64,000 nucleotides of DNA from Parcubacteria group bacterium Gr01-1014_31 (lineage in GTDB: Bacteria > Patescibacteriota > Patescibacteriia > Buchananbacterales > GWA2-38-13): positions 11,660 to 75,659 of the forward strand of contig VMFR01000003.1 in assembly GCA_007376135.1 (NCBI GenBank), given 5' to 3'. Position numbers and translations under genes: made by a program. The notes below the pieces were generated by a model, which was not told the DNA's origin, made no database searches, and saw only the letters and a program-made list of their open reading frames with translations. Below, in pieces: positions 18,640-28,968 of this stretch; position 1 is the first letter of the stretch; every line of letters begins with the position of its first letter.

Positions 18640-18948
18640 ATGTCCACCCTACTCCAGTTCCAAGCCGGTGAACTACCTTCGGGCCAGTGCCGCGCATATG
18701 CGACCGGCGGTATGACCGTGATGGTCTACCACCTGGCCGATACCTTCTACGCCACACAGGGGTTGTGCAGCCATGAGGACATGCCGCTCGAAGGAGGAGA
18801 GATCAAGGAGAACGTCATCCAATGCCCGTTCCATGATTCGCGGTTCAATATCCGGACCGGCAAGGTGCTGTCCGGGCCCGCCGAGCGCGGTTTGAAAATC
18901 TTTCCCGTCACCGTCGACGGTGGTACGGTAACGGTAACGTTGCCGTAA
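18640..18948 (+). CDS. Rieske [2Fe-2S] domain ferredoxin
   Basis: CxH ... CxxH boxes ('CSHEDMPLEGG', 'CPFHDSRF'). Confidence 0.8.
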   Translation: MSTLLQFQAGELPSGQCRAYATGGMTVMVYHLADTFYATQGLCSHEDMPLEGGEIKENVIQCPFHDSRFNIRTGKVLSGPAERGLKIFPVTVDGGTVTVTLP

Positions 18949-18949
18949 T

Positions 18950-20170
18950 ATGCCGATATCCGTTCGCCGCCGATTCCCCATATTCACGCGCCGCATCCAC
19001 GGCAATCCGCTGGCGTACCTGGATTCTGCCGCCACGACCCAGAAGCCCCTCGCCGTCCTTTCCGCCATGGACGATTTCTACCGACGCCATTGCGCCAATC
19101 CGCGCCGCGGACTGCATCAGCTGGGCGTGGAAGCGACCGCCATGGTGGAAGACGTCCGGCAGGAGGTCGCCGCGTTCATCGGCGGCCGTCCGGAGGAAGT
19201 GATATTCACTTCCGGTACGACCGCAGGCATTAATTTGGTTGCCTACGGCTGGGCGCCGCTGGCGCTGCGGGCAGGAGATACGGTGCTCGTCTCGTTGTTG
19301 GAACATCACTCCAATTTCGTGCCGTGGCAGCAGCTGGCTACGTTGCACCGCTGGCGGGTGCAATTCATCCCTGTCGGCGCAGGAGGGAAACTGGATACTC
19401 GTTGGCTGCGCACGCACCTGCATCGCCGCGTAAAACTTGTCTGTATCACGCACACGTCCAACGCGCTTGGCACGCAGCCGCCGCTGCCAGCGGTGGTTTC
19501 CGCCGCGCATCGGGTTGGCGCACGGGTGCTGGTGGATGCAGCGCAGGCGGTGGCCCACCAGTCTATCGATGTCCAGCGTCTAGATTGTGACTTTCTGGCA
19601 TTCTCCGGGCATAAGATGTATGGTCCGATGGGCGTGGGCGTGCTGTGGGGGAGGGCCGAACTGTTGCGGCAATCCCGTCCCTTCCACTACGGGGGCGAGA
19701 TGATCCGCCAAGTGCGCCAGCGGGGGACCACGTTTGCCGACTCCCCGGCGAAGTTCGAAGCCGGCACGCAGAATGCCGGCGGCATCGTCGGCCTCGGCGC
19801 GGCGATCAGGTGGATCAAGCAGCTCGGTTTTCGCGCCATCGCACGCCACGAACGGCAGCTGATGGTGTACGCGCTGCGCCGGCTGTCAGCGTTGCCCGGG
19901 GTCGTCCGGTATGGGCCGGCCGGCGTTGTCGGCCGCGGTCCGGTCATCAGTTTCAACCTTCGCGGGGTGCACGCGCACGACGTTGCCCAGATCCTGGACG
20001 CTCGGGGCATCGCGGTACGGGCGGGCCACCACTGCGCGATGCCGCTGATGGAACAGTTGAAGGTACCGTCCACCGTGCGGGTGAGTTTCGGAGCGTACAA
20101 TATAAAGGAAGACGTAGATCGACTTATCAAGGGGTTAAAGGAGGTACAGAGGATATTTAGTGGTAAGTAG
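18950..20170 (+). CDS. sufS: Cysteine desulfurase SufS (class V aminotransferase)
   Basis: PLP-lysine region 'FSGHKMYGPMGVGVLWGR'; catalytic Cys in 'RAGHHCAMPL'. Confidence 0.9.
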   Translation: MPISVRRRFPIFTRRIHGNPLAYLDSAATTQKPLAVLSAMDDFYRRHCANPRRGLHQLGVEATAMVEDVRQEVAAFIGGRPEEVIFTSGTTAGINLVAYGWAPLALRAGDTVLVSLLEHHSNFVPWQQLATLHRWRVQFIPVGAGGKLDTRWLRTHLHRRVKLVCITHTSNALGTQPPLPAVVSAAHRVGARVLVDAAQAVAHQSIDVQRLDCDFLAFSGHKMYGPMGVGVLWGRAELLRQSRPFHYGGEMIRQVRQRGTTFADSPAKFEAGTQNAGGIVGLGAAIRWIKQLGFRAIARHERQLMVYALRRLSALPGVVRYGPAGVVGRGPVISFNLRGVHAHDVAQILDARGIAVRAGHHCAMPLMEQLKVPSTVRVSFGAYNIKEDVDRLIKGLKEVQRIFSGK

Positions 20171-20239
20171 TAAGTGCTAAGTGTAATTCATTGATTGGCC
20201 ATGACTTAGTACTTACTGCTGTGTACTTAGTACTTCGCT

Positions 20240-20605
20240 ATGGACCTCTACCGTGAAAAAATCCTTGACCACTACCGGAACCCGCGGCAGTACGGGAAGG
20301 TCGCCGGTGCGACGCACCGGGCGGTGCGCGCAAACCCCGTGTGCGGTGACGAGGTCACGTTGACGGTGCGCGTGCGGCGCGGCACAATCGTCGACGTGCG
20401 ATTTTCCGGACGCGGGTGTGCCATTTCCACGGCGACCAATTCGCTGCTGCTGGAGTTACTGGTCGGCAAGACCGTTGCGGCCGTACGGCAGTTGCAGCCG
20501 GCGGCGGTGCTCAAGCTCTTGGGTGTTCCCATCGGACCGGCGCGTCACCACTGCGCCTTGCTGGGCTTTGAGGCGTTGCGCGAGGCCCTCGCCACGAAGC
20601 CCTAG
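20240..20605 (+). CDS. sufU: SufU/IscU-like sulfur acceptor scaffold
   Basis: Three conserved Cys ('PVCGDEV', 'GRGCAIS', 'HHCALL') in a NifU-N-like fold. Confidence 0.85.
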   Translation: MDLYREKILDHYRNPRQYGKVAGATHRAVRANPVCGDEVTLTVRVRRGTIVDVRFSGRGCAISTATNSLLLELLVGKTVAAVRQLQPAAVLKLLGVPIGPARHHCALLGFEALREALATKP

Positions 20606-20620
20606 AATTTTTTGGAAAAT

Positions 20621-20655
20621 AAAAATCCCCCGGCGAATGCCGGGGGATTTTTTCT
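20621..20655. terminator. Bidirectional intrinsic terminator between the suf cluster (+) and the zinc-ribbon gene (-)
   Basis: aaaaatcccccggcgaatgccgggggattttttc: perfect stem with A-run before and T-run after. Confidence 0.8.
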
Positions 20656-20674
20656 ACCTACGTGTTGGCGTAGA

Positions 20675-20890
20675 TTAGAAGCGACCACCGCCGCCACCGA
20701 AGCTGCCGCGCATCGAATCGCGGCGCTTGCGGTTGCAGTCTCGGCAGTAGATCTTGCCGTAGGTCCCGTCTTCCTTGGTGGAAGGCTGGAACGGCAATTC
20801 CTTGACGTCCGTACCGCACTCCGCGCACTTGATATTCATGGCGGAGACGTCGTACATCTGCCGGGGTGGGCGAGAACCAAAATCTTGCAT
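20675..20890 (-). CDS. Small zinc-ribbon protein (CxxC...CxxC) with Gly-rich RGG-like C-terminus
   Basis: 'CAECG...CRDC' pairs, C-terminal 'RGSFGGGGGRF'. Start taken at the internal ATG (MQDFG), which has a GGTGA RBS. Confidence 0.55.
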   Translation of the reverse strand: MQDFGSRPPRQMYDVSAMNIKCAECGTDVKELPFQPSTKEDGTYGKIYCRDCNRKRRDSMRGSFGGGGGRF

Positions 20891-21131
20891 GTGGTTGTTC
20901 ACCGTCTCGTTGAATTGTTAAGTTATCGCTGACTAGGTGAACGACCTTTGAACTCCACCTACGCCGATAATAAAGACAGCATACACCAGAACGCGGTTTT
21001 TGTCAATCCTCCCGGATTTTGGGGTGCCTTGAACGGTCAAAGGAACCATGGTACCCTCAAGGTGCCGATTTTCCTCCGGTTGGGCGTCATCGGCAAGCGT
21101 TGCCCGCCGGTCGGCGGCATTTTTTAATTCC

Positions 21132-21419
21132 ATGGCTATGCCCGACGACCGCCAAGGTTCTCTGTGGGTGGCGCTGGGATTTGCCTGGCGCCTGGGCTAC
21201 AGCATCGCCGTACCGCTGGTCATCCTGCTGGCTTTGGGACGGTATCTGGACCGGCGGCTGGGCACCGAGCCGTGGCTGCTGATCACGGGGCTGGTGCTGT
21301 CGTTCGTTATGACCAATATCTTGATGTTCCGCGAGGCGGTACGGGTGATGAAGCAAGCGGAGGCCGCTGACCGCGGAAAAACATCCCCTCCGCCATCGTC
21401 CGCCGCGCCTTCTCGCTAG
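21132..21419 (+). CDS. atpZ: ATP synthase protein I/AtpZ-like small membrane protein
   Basis: Two hydrophobic helices ('WVALGFAWRLGYSIAVPLVILLALGRYLDRRLG') immediately upstream of atpB. Confidence 0.55.
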   Translation: MAMPDDRQGSLWVALGFAWRLGYSIAVPLVILLALGRYLDRRLGTEPWLLITGLVLSFVMTNILMFREAVRVMKQAEAADRGKTSPPPSSAAPSR

Positions 21420-21433
21420 TCATTTTTGAGTCT

Positions 21434-22246
21434 ATGAGCACCCCGCTCGAGGAAACCGCGGTACAAGCCGGCGTTCAGGCCACCGAAGCGGCCGCAGAAA
21501 AAGCCGGTCCCGTCATCTCGCTGGCCGCCGAGAAGGTCGGCAGCGTGTTCGGTTTCCCCATCACCAATTCGCTGTTGGCCAGCTGGCTGGTGGTCGTAAC
21601 GCTGGCCGTTATCGGGATGCTGGTGCGGCGGCGGGTTGCCCTGGTCCCGCGCGGCCTGCAGAACGGGATGGAAGCAATCATGGAGTTCCTGTTGAACCTG
21701 GCTGATCAGGTGACCGGCGACCGCCGCCAAACGGAGCGGTTCTTTCCCCTCATCGCAACCATTTTTTTGTTCATCGTAACGGCCAACTGGTTCGGGCTGC
21801 TGCCGGTGGTCGGCCCGATCGGCGTCCAGGGTGTGCATAACGGGCACCCCGCGCTCATCCCGCTGTTGCGGTCGGCGAACGCCGACCTCAACACGACGCT
21901 GGCATTGGCCATTATTGCCGTCGTGTCGCTGCAGGTGTTTGGCATTGCGACCATCGGATTTGCCAAGTACGCCGGCAAATTCTTCAATTTCCATAATCCC
22001 ATTCTGTTCGCGGTCGGCATCCTGGAGCTGTTCGGCGAGGTGGCCAAGATGATCTCGTTCTCGTTCCGGCTGTTCGGCAACATTTTCGCCGGCGAGGTGC
22101 TGCTGATCGTCGTCAGCTCATTGGTCGCGTACATTGCGCCGTTGCCGTTCTACGGGCTGGAGCTGTTCGTCGGCTTCATCCAGGCGCTGGTGTTTGCCAC
22201 TCTGACCTTGGTGTTTCTGAAAATGGCGACCGAGGAGGCGCATTAG
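21434..22246 (+). CDS. atpB: F0 ATP synthase subunit a
   Basis: 'FSFRLFGNIFAGEVLL' signature with conserved Arg. Confidence 0.9.
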   Translation: MSTPLEETAVQAGVQATEAAAEKAGPVISLAAEKVGSVFGFPITNSLLASWLVVVTLAVIGMLVRRRVALVPRGLQNGMEAIMEFLLNLADQVTGDRRQTERFFPLIATIFLFIVTANWFGLLPVVGPIGVQGVHNGHPALIPLLRSANADLNTTLALAIIAVVSLQVFGIATIGFAKYAGKFFNFHNPILFAVGILELFGEVAKMISFSFRLFGNIFAGEVLLIVVSSLVAYIAPLPFYGLELFVGFIQALVFATLTLVFLKMATEEAH

Positions 22247-22302
22247 GGGAGCAGGCGAGGCCAGAAAGGCTGGATCTTGTCAAGTGGACGGCACCTGGAG
22301 TA

Positions 22303-22330
22303 TTGACAATCGGCGATTTTTCCCTATACT
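22303..22330 (+). promoter_or_regulatory. Sigma70-like internal promoter upstream of atpE
   Basis: TTGACA, 16-nt spacer, TATACT. Confidence 0.55.
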
Positions 22331-22375
22331 AGTGGTGTTTTAAAAATTAACGCATTTAACCTTAACGACATTTCT

Positions 22376-22609
22376 ATGGCGTTAGATCCAGAAGTCGCAA
22401 AGAACTTCGCGACGGCGGCGGCGATCTCAATCGGGTCGATCATGCCCTCATTCGCGATCGGTCGCATCGCGGCCAAGGCGATGGAGTCCATCGGCCGCAA
22501 CCCGGAATCGGCCAGCAAACTCCAGACGCCGATGATCCTGGCCGTGGCCTTCGCCGAAGCCATCGCGATCTACGCGCTGGTGGTGGCGTTGGTGATTAAG
22601 TTCGTCTAA
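22376..22609 (+). CDS. atpE: F0 ATP synthase subunit c
   Basis: Two-helix hairpin proteolipid with conserved acidic residue ('AFAEAIAIYALVVAL'). Confidence 0.9.
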   Translation: MALDPEVAKNFATAAAISIGSIMPSFAIGRIAAKAMESIGRNPESASKLQTPMILAVAFAEAIAIYALVVALVIKFV

Positions 22610-22643
22610 CCGGAGGGCCCTTCGCGAGTTCTTCTTTAGTTCC

Positions 22644-23147
22644 ATGGGCGATCTCGTCGGTAAACTTGGTTTGGACTGGCGTCTCCTGTTGGCCCAGGCG
22701 GTCAACTTCGGCATACTTTTGGGGGTGCTGACGTGGGCGGTGTACAAGCCGCTGCTAAAGGTGATGGAAGAGCGCCGCGCCACGATCGAGCGCGGGTTGA
22801 ACGATGCGGCTGCCGCCCGGCAAAAGCTGGCGTCCTTCGAGGCCTTCCAGCGCGAACAACTGCAGGAGTTCCGCAAAAAAGCCGATGCCATGCTGGCGGA
22901 AGCGACGCGTCTGGCCGAGCAGACGAAAAAGGAATCGGCCGCGCGTGCCGCCGACCAGGCGGCAAAGATCGTCCAGCAGGCCAAGCTCACCATTACTGCC
23001 GAACGCGAGCAGATGTTTCAGGAATTACGCGGGGAACTGGCCGACCTGGTGGCCGCGGCTGCCGGGAAAGTGGTCGCCGCTCGCGGCGTCAGCGCCGAGC
23101 AGCACCGGAAATTGGTTGATGCGGCCGTCACCGCTCTTAAACAATGA
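22644..23147 (+). CDS. atpF: F0 ATP synthase subunit b
   Basis: N-terminal TM helix then long Ala/Glu/Lys-rich coiled coil. Confidence 0.85.
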   Translation: MGDLVGKLGLDWRLLLAQAVNFGILLGVLTWAVYKPLLKVMEERRATIERGLNDAAAARQKLASFEAFQREQLQEFRKKADAMLAEATRLAEQTKKESAARAADQAAKIVQQAKLTITAEREQMFQELRGELADLVAAAAGKVVAARGVSAEQHRKLVDAAVTALKQ

Positions 23148-23512
23148 GCAAAGCCGTCGCCACGCCTGCCCAGTACGCCGCCGCCTTTTGGGCGGCGCTC
23201 CGCGATGCCACGCCGGCTCAGGAACCGCACCTGCTCGAGGGGTTCGCTCGGCTGTTGGCCGATGACCGGATGATTGGGCGTTGGCCCGAGATCGAGCAGG
23301 CCCTCGCGGCACTGGCAGTCGTTCGGACCGGTGCGGTGGCGCGGGCGCAGGATAGCGCGGACGTTGCCGACGCCCTGGGCCCGGGGGCAGACGTTACCAT
23401 GCAGCCGGAGCTGATCGCCGGGGCGCGGCTGCGGGCAGGAGATCGACTGGTGGATTCCAGTATCCTTGGCCAGCTCCAGCGGCTGCGCGACGCGCTGGCC
23501 GGTAATCGCTAA
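23144..23512 (+). CDS. atpH: F1 ATP synthase subunit delta (short, 122 aa)
   Basis: Position between atpF and atpA, ATGA overlap, OSCP-like C-terminal '[26 protein letters not shown]'. Confidence 0.7.
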   Translation: MSKAVATPAQYAAAFWAALRDATPAQEPHLLEGFARLLADDRMIGRWPEIEQALAALAVVRTGAVARAQDSADVADALGPGADVTMQPELIAGARLRAGDRLVDSSILGQLQRLRDALAGNR

Positions 23513-23532
23513 CTTTTCGAATTTTTTTCCGT

Positions 23533-25047
23533 ATGGCCGATACCCACGCCGTCATTGAACAGTTGAAAGAACGCCTCAAGGCGTACACGCCGAGCGTAAC
23601 TGCCGAAGAGGTGGGTACGGTGATTGTCGTGGGTGATGGCATTGCCCAGGTTTCCGGTTTGTCCCAGGTCGGGGCGATGGAAATGGTGGACATTGCCACG
23701 ACCGGCGGCAAGGTGGCCGGCGTCGCCTTGAACCTCGAGCAGTCCAAGTGCGGCGTGGTTGTCCTGGATGACGCTCATGGTATCAAGGTGGGCGACACCG
23801 TGCGCGCCAGCGGGCGCTTGCTGTCGGTGCCGGTCGGCGCCGGGGTCCTGGGTCGCGTGGTGGATGCGCTGGGCCGCCCGGTGGACGGGCGCGGGCCGTT
23901 CAAGGCGGAAAAATTTTACCCCGTGGAAAAGATCGCCCCCGGCGTGATCACCCGCAAGTCGGTGGATACGCCGTTGCAGACCGGCGTCATCGCCATCGAC
24001 GCCATCATCCCGATCGGCCGCGGCCAGCGTGAGCTCATCATCGGCGACCGTCAGACCGGCAAGACGGCGATCGCCATCGATGCCATTATCAATCAAGCCG
24101 GGCAAGGGGTGCAGTGCATCTACGTTGCCATCGGCCAGAAGGAATCCAAGGTCGCCAAGCTCGTCGAGAAATTGCGCGAGGCCGGAGCAATGGAGTACAC
24201 GGTCGTCGTGTCGGCGCCGGCGGCGGCGCCGGCGGCGTTGCAGTACCTGGCGCCCTACGCAGGCTGCGCCATCGGCGAATATTTCATGGAGCAAGGCAAG
24301 GACGCGCTGGTCGTCTACGATGACCTGTCCAAACATGCCGTGGCGTACCGGGAGATCTCCTTGCTCCTGAAGCGTCCGCCCGGCCGCGAAGCTTTCCCGG
24401 GTGATGTGTTCTACCTGCATTCGCGGTTACTGGAGCGCGCTGCTCGGTTGAACAACGACCACGGCGGCGGGTCGCTGACGGCCCTGCCGATCATCGAGAC
24501 GCAGGCTGGTGACATTTCCGCGTATATCCCGACCAACGTCATTTCCATCACCGACGGCCAGATTTACCTGGAATCCGACCTATTCTACCAAGGCATCCGG
24601 CCGGCGCTGAATGTCGGGCTGTCGGTGTCGCGCGTCGGTTCCGCTGCCCAGATCAAGGCCATGAAAAAGGTGGCTGGCAAGTTGCGGCTTGACCTGGCCC
24701 AGTTCCGCGAGCTGGCGGCGTTCGCGCAGTTCGGTTCCGACCTGGATGCGGCGACGCGCCAGTCCATCGAGCGCGGGGCACGCATTACGGAGATCCTGAA
24801 ACAGCCCCAGTACGCACCGTTACCCGTCGCGCAGCAGGTCGCGGTTTTGTACGCCGTCATCAATGGCCATTTGGATGGCGTGGCACTGGAGCGGATCGGG
24901 GAGTGGAAGACGCAGTTTTTGGTGCAGCTGGGAACCCGCCACCGGGCGTTGGGCGAGCAGCTCCGGCAGCAGCGCGAACTAGCTCCGGCGCTGGAAGAAC
25001 AGATGGTGGCAGCGATCAAGGAATTCACCGCCGCCTTTACGAAGTAG
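23533..25047 (+). CDS. atpA: F1 ATP synthase subunit alpha
   Basis: P-loop 'GDRQTGKTA', conserved alpha blocks. Confidence 0.95.
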   Translation: MADTHAVIEQLKERLKAYTPSVTAEEVGTVIVVGDGIAQVSGLSQVGAMEMVDIATTGGKVAGVALNLEQSKCGVVVLDDAHGIKVGDTVRASGRLLSVPVGAGVLGRVVDALGRPVDGRGPFKAEKFYPVEKIAPGVITRKSVDTPLQTGVIAIDAIIPIGRGQRELIIGDRQTGKTAIAIDAIINQAGQGVQCIYVAIGQKESKVAKLVEKLREAGAMEYTVVVSAPAAAPAALQYLAPYAGCAIGEYFMEQGKDALVVYDDLSKHAVAYREISLLLKRPPGREAFPGDVFYLHSRLLERAARLNNDHGGGSLTALPIIETQAGDISAYIPTNVISITDGQIYLESDLFYQGIRPALNVGLSVSRVGSAAQIKAMKKVAGKLRLDLAQFRELAAFAQFGSDLDAATRQSIERGARITEILKQPQYAPLPVAQQVAVLYAVINGHLDGVALERIGEWKTQFLVQLGTRHRALGEQLRQQRELAPALEEQMVAAIKEFTAAFTK

Positions 25048-25067
25048 CGTTACTTTTGCCTTCGCGT

Positions 25068-27421
<2,354 letters not shown>

Positions 27422-27889
27422 ATGGCGACCATCAAGTTCAAAATCGCGACGCCCGAGCGGCTGGTGCTGGAGACGGAAGCCGATTCCATTTCCGTGCCGA
27501 CCGTGCAGGGAGAGATCACCGTACTACCCAACCACGTGCCGTTGGTGGCTGCGTTGGAGCCGGGCGAGTTGACGATCCGCAAGGGCAGCGATGTCCAGCA
27601 TTTGGCCGTCGCCGGCGGTTTTCTCCAGGTCCAGGGCGGTGATGAGGTCGTTGTGCTGGCGGATGCCGCCGAACGCGTGGAGGAGATCGACGTCGCCCGG
27701 GCGGAGGCGGCCAAACAGCGCGCCGCTAAGCTGCAGACGGAGGCTGCCGATGACCGACAGTTTGCCGACCGTGCCGCACAGTTGGCCAAACATCTGGCGC
27801 GATTGCGCGTGGCACGGCGACGGCGCGCGCCGCATACCGGCCAAGAAGGCGACAGCCTGCGCACCGAGGGCACTCCGCCACCGGCGTAA
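27422..27889 (+). CDS. atpC: F1 ATP synthase subunit epsilon
   Basis: N-terminal beta-sandwich 'KFKIATPERLV...', Ala/Arg-rich C-terminal helices. Confidence 0.85.
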   Translation: MATIKFKIATPERLVLETEADSISVPTVQGEITVLPNHVPLVAALEPGELTIRKGSDVQHLAVAGGFLQVQGGDEVVVLADAAERVEEIDVARAEAAKQRAAKLQTEAADDRQFADRAAQLAKHLARLRVARRRRAPHTGQEGDSLRTEGTPPPA

Positions 27890-27902
27890 CCGAATGGAAT
27901 TT

Positions 27903-27933
27903 AAAAAAACCGCCCCGCCGGGCGGTTTTTTGG
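27903..27933. terminator. Bidirectional intrinsic terminator after the atp operon
   Basis: aaaaaaaccgccccgccgggcggttttttgg. Confidence 0.85.
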
Positions 27934-27944
27934 TTCTACCCTCG

Positions 27945-28526
27945 CTAGCGGAAGCGGACGGGAAAGCGCAATTCCGCTGCATGCTCCGGCAGGCCGGACG
28001 GATTGTCCTTCTCCAGGACCAGCGTACCGGTGTCGGTCTGCGGGGCGGTGAATTCCAACCGCACGAGGAAAGGTACGTAGTCCTCGGTCATCCATTCGCC
28101 TTGCGCCTGCGCCGGCTGTATTACGATCTCTTTATTGTCGCCGTCCAGTAGTTTAACCGGGAACGAAGCCTCGAAATACCACGTGCCCCGGGCGGCGCCC
28201 GTCACCACGAGCGGGTTCCTGACAATGCTGTCGGGCAGCGGGCTATCCACATAGATGCGGTCTTCAAGTTCCGCGCGCGCGGGTCCCTCGACGAACATGC
28301 GGCCATCCGGAGTGCGGCATTGGCGTGGAAAGGATTCTTGGACCGGATTCCCGGCTGCCACGCAGTCGGAAAAACTTTGCGCCGCTATCGGCGTCGGGGT
28401 GGCTGCTCCTTGCGGAGTGCTGACACACCGTCCTCCGCCGCAGACCATCAGCAGTGCGACCAGTAGCGCGCCGACCACACACAGGCCAGCCACCGTGATC
28501 GCTGCGATTTTGAGCGGGTCGCGCAT
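27945..28526 (-). CDS. Membrane-anchored Gmad2 immunoglobulin-like domain protein
   Basis: N-terminal TM helix, Pro/Thr linker, C-terminal 'NPLVVTGAARGTWYFEASFPVKLLDGDNKEI' Gmad2-like beta domain. Confidence 0.55.
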   Translation of the reverse strand: MRDPLKIAAITVAGLCVVGALLVALLMVCGGGRCVSTPQGAATPTPIAAQSFSDCVAAGNPVQESFPRQCRTPDGRMFVEGPARAELEDRIYVDSPLPDSIVRNPLVVTGAARGTWYFEASFPVKLLDGDNKEIVIQPAQAQGEWMTEDYVPFLVRLEFTAPQTDTGTLVLEKDNPSGLPEHAAELRFPVRFR

Positions 28527-28620
28527 AGTATTGACTTCAGACTAGCGGAGTCGGCAGCCTTACACAAGGGGAAACTATCAACTCAGCATACCCCGCAACC
28601 CTCGGCGGTACAAAGGCAAT

Positions 28621-28675
28621 GGCGAACCGCTGCGCCCGAAACGGTGAGGGCCTATTCGGCCCGCGCGGTTCGCGA
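28621..28675 (+). ncRNA. Structured RNA-like repeat copy 1 (nested hairpins)
   Basis: gcgaaccgc ... gggcc-tattc-ggccc ... gcggttcgc. Second copy at 40196-40256 in opposite orientation with compensatory changes. Confidence 0.45.
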
Positions 28676-28968
28676 GGCGCCAGCCCGGAGTTCCTAATAC
28701 ACCATCAATTGATTGTATTTCGGCGCCGATGGTGCGGGGTTGTTCCCAGCTCGCCATTCACCTTCGGTCCGATGGACATCGGACCTCGGGGTCTGGCGGC
28801 TGGAAACAAAAAGACCCCGTTCCAGAGGTCATGACCTTCATTCCTTACGGAAAGACATGTGCTTGTGGTGCAAAGAAAATCGCGAGGCCCTGGAACGGGG
28901 TTGAGGAGGGAGAGTGTACTTCCCTACCCAAAGAGCACCTCCAGTATACGGCGGGAGGTGCGGCAACG

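Noticed and set aside
20933-21133. 66-aa minus-strand ORF in the atp leader
   Set aside because: Overlaps the promoter and hairpin region upstream of atpZ; no RBS; likely spurious.
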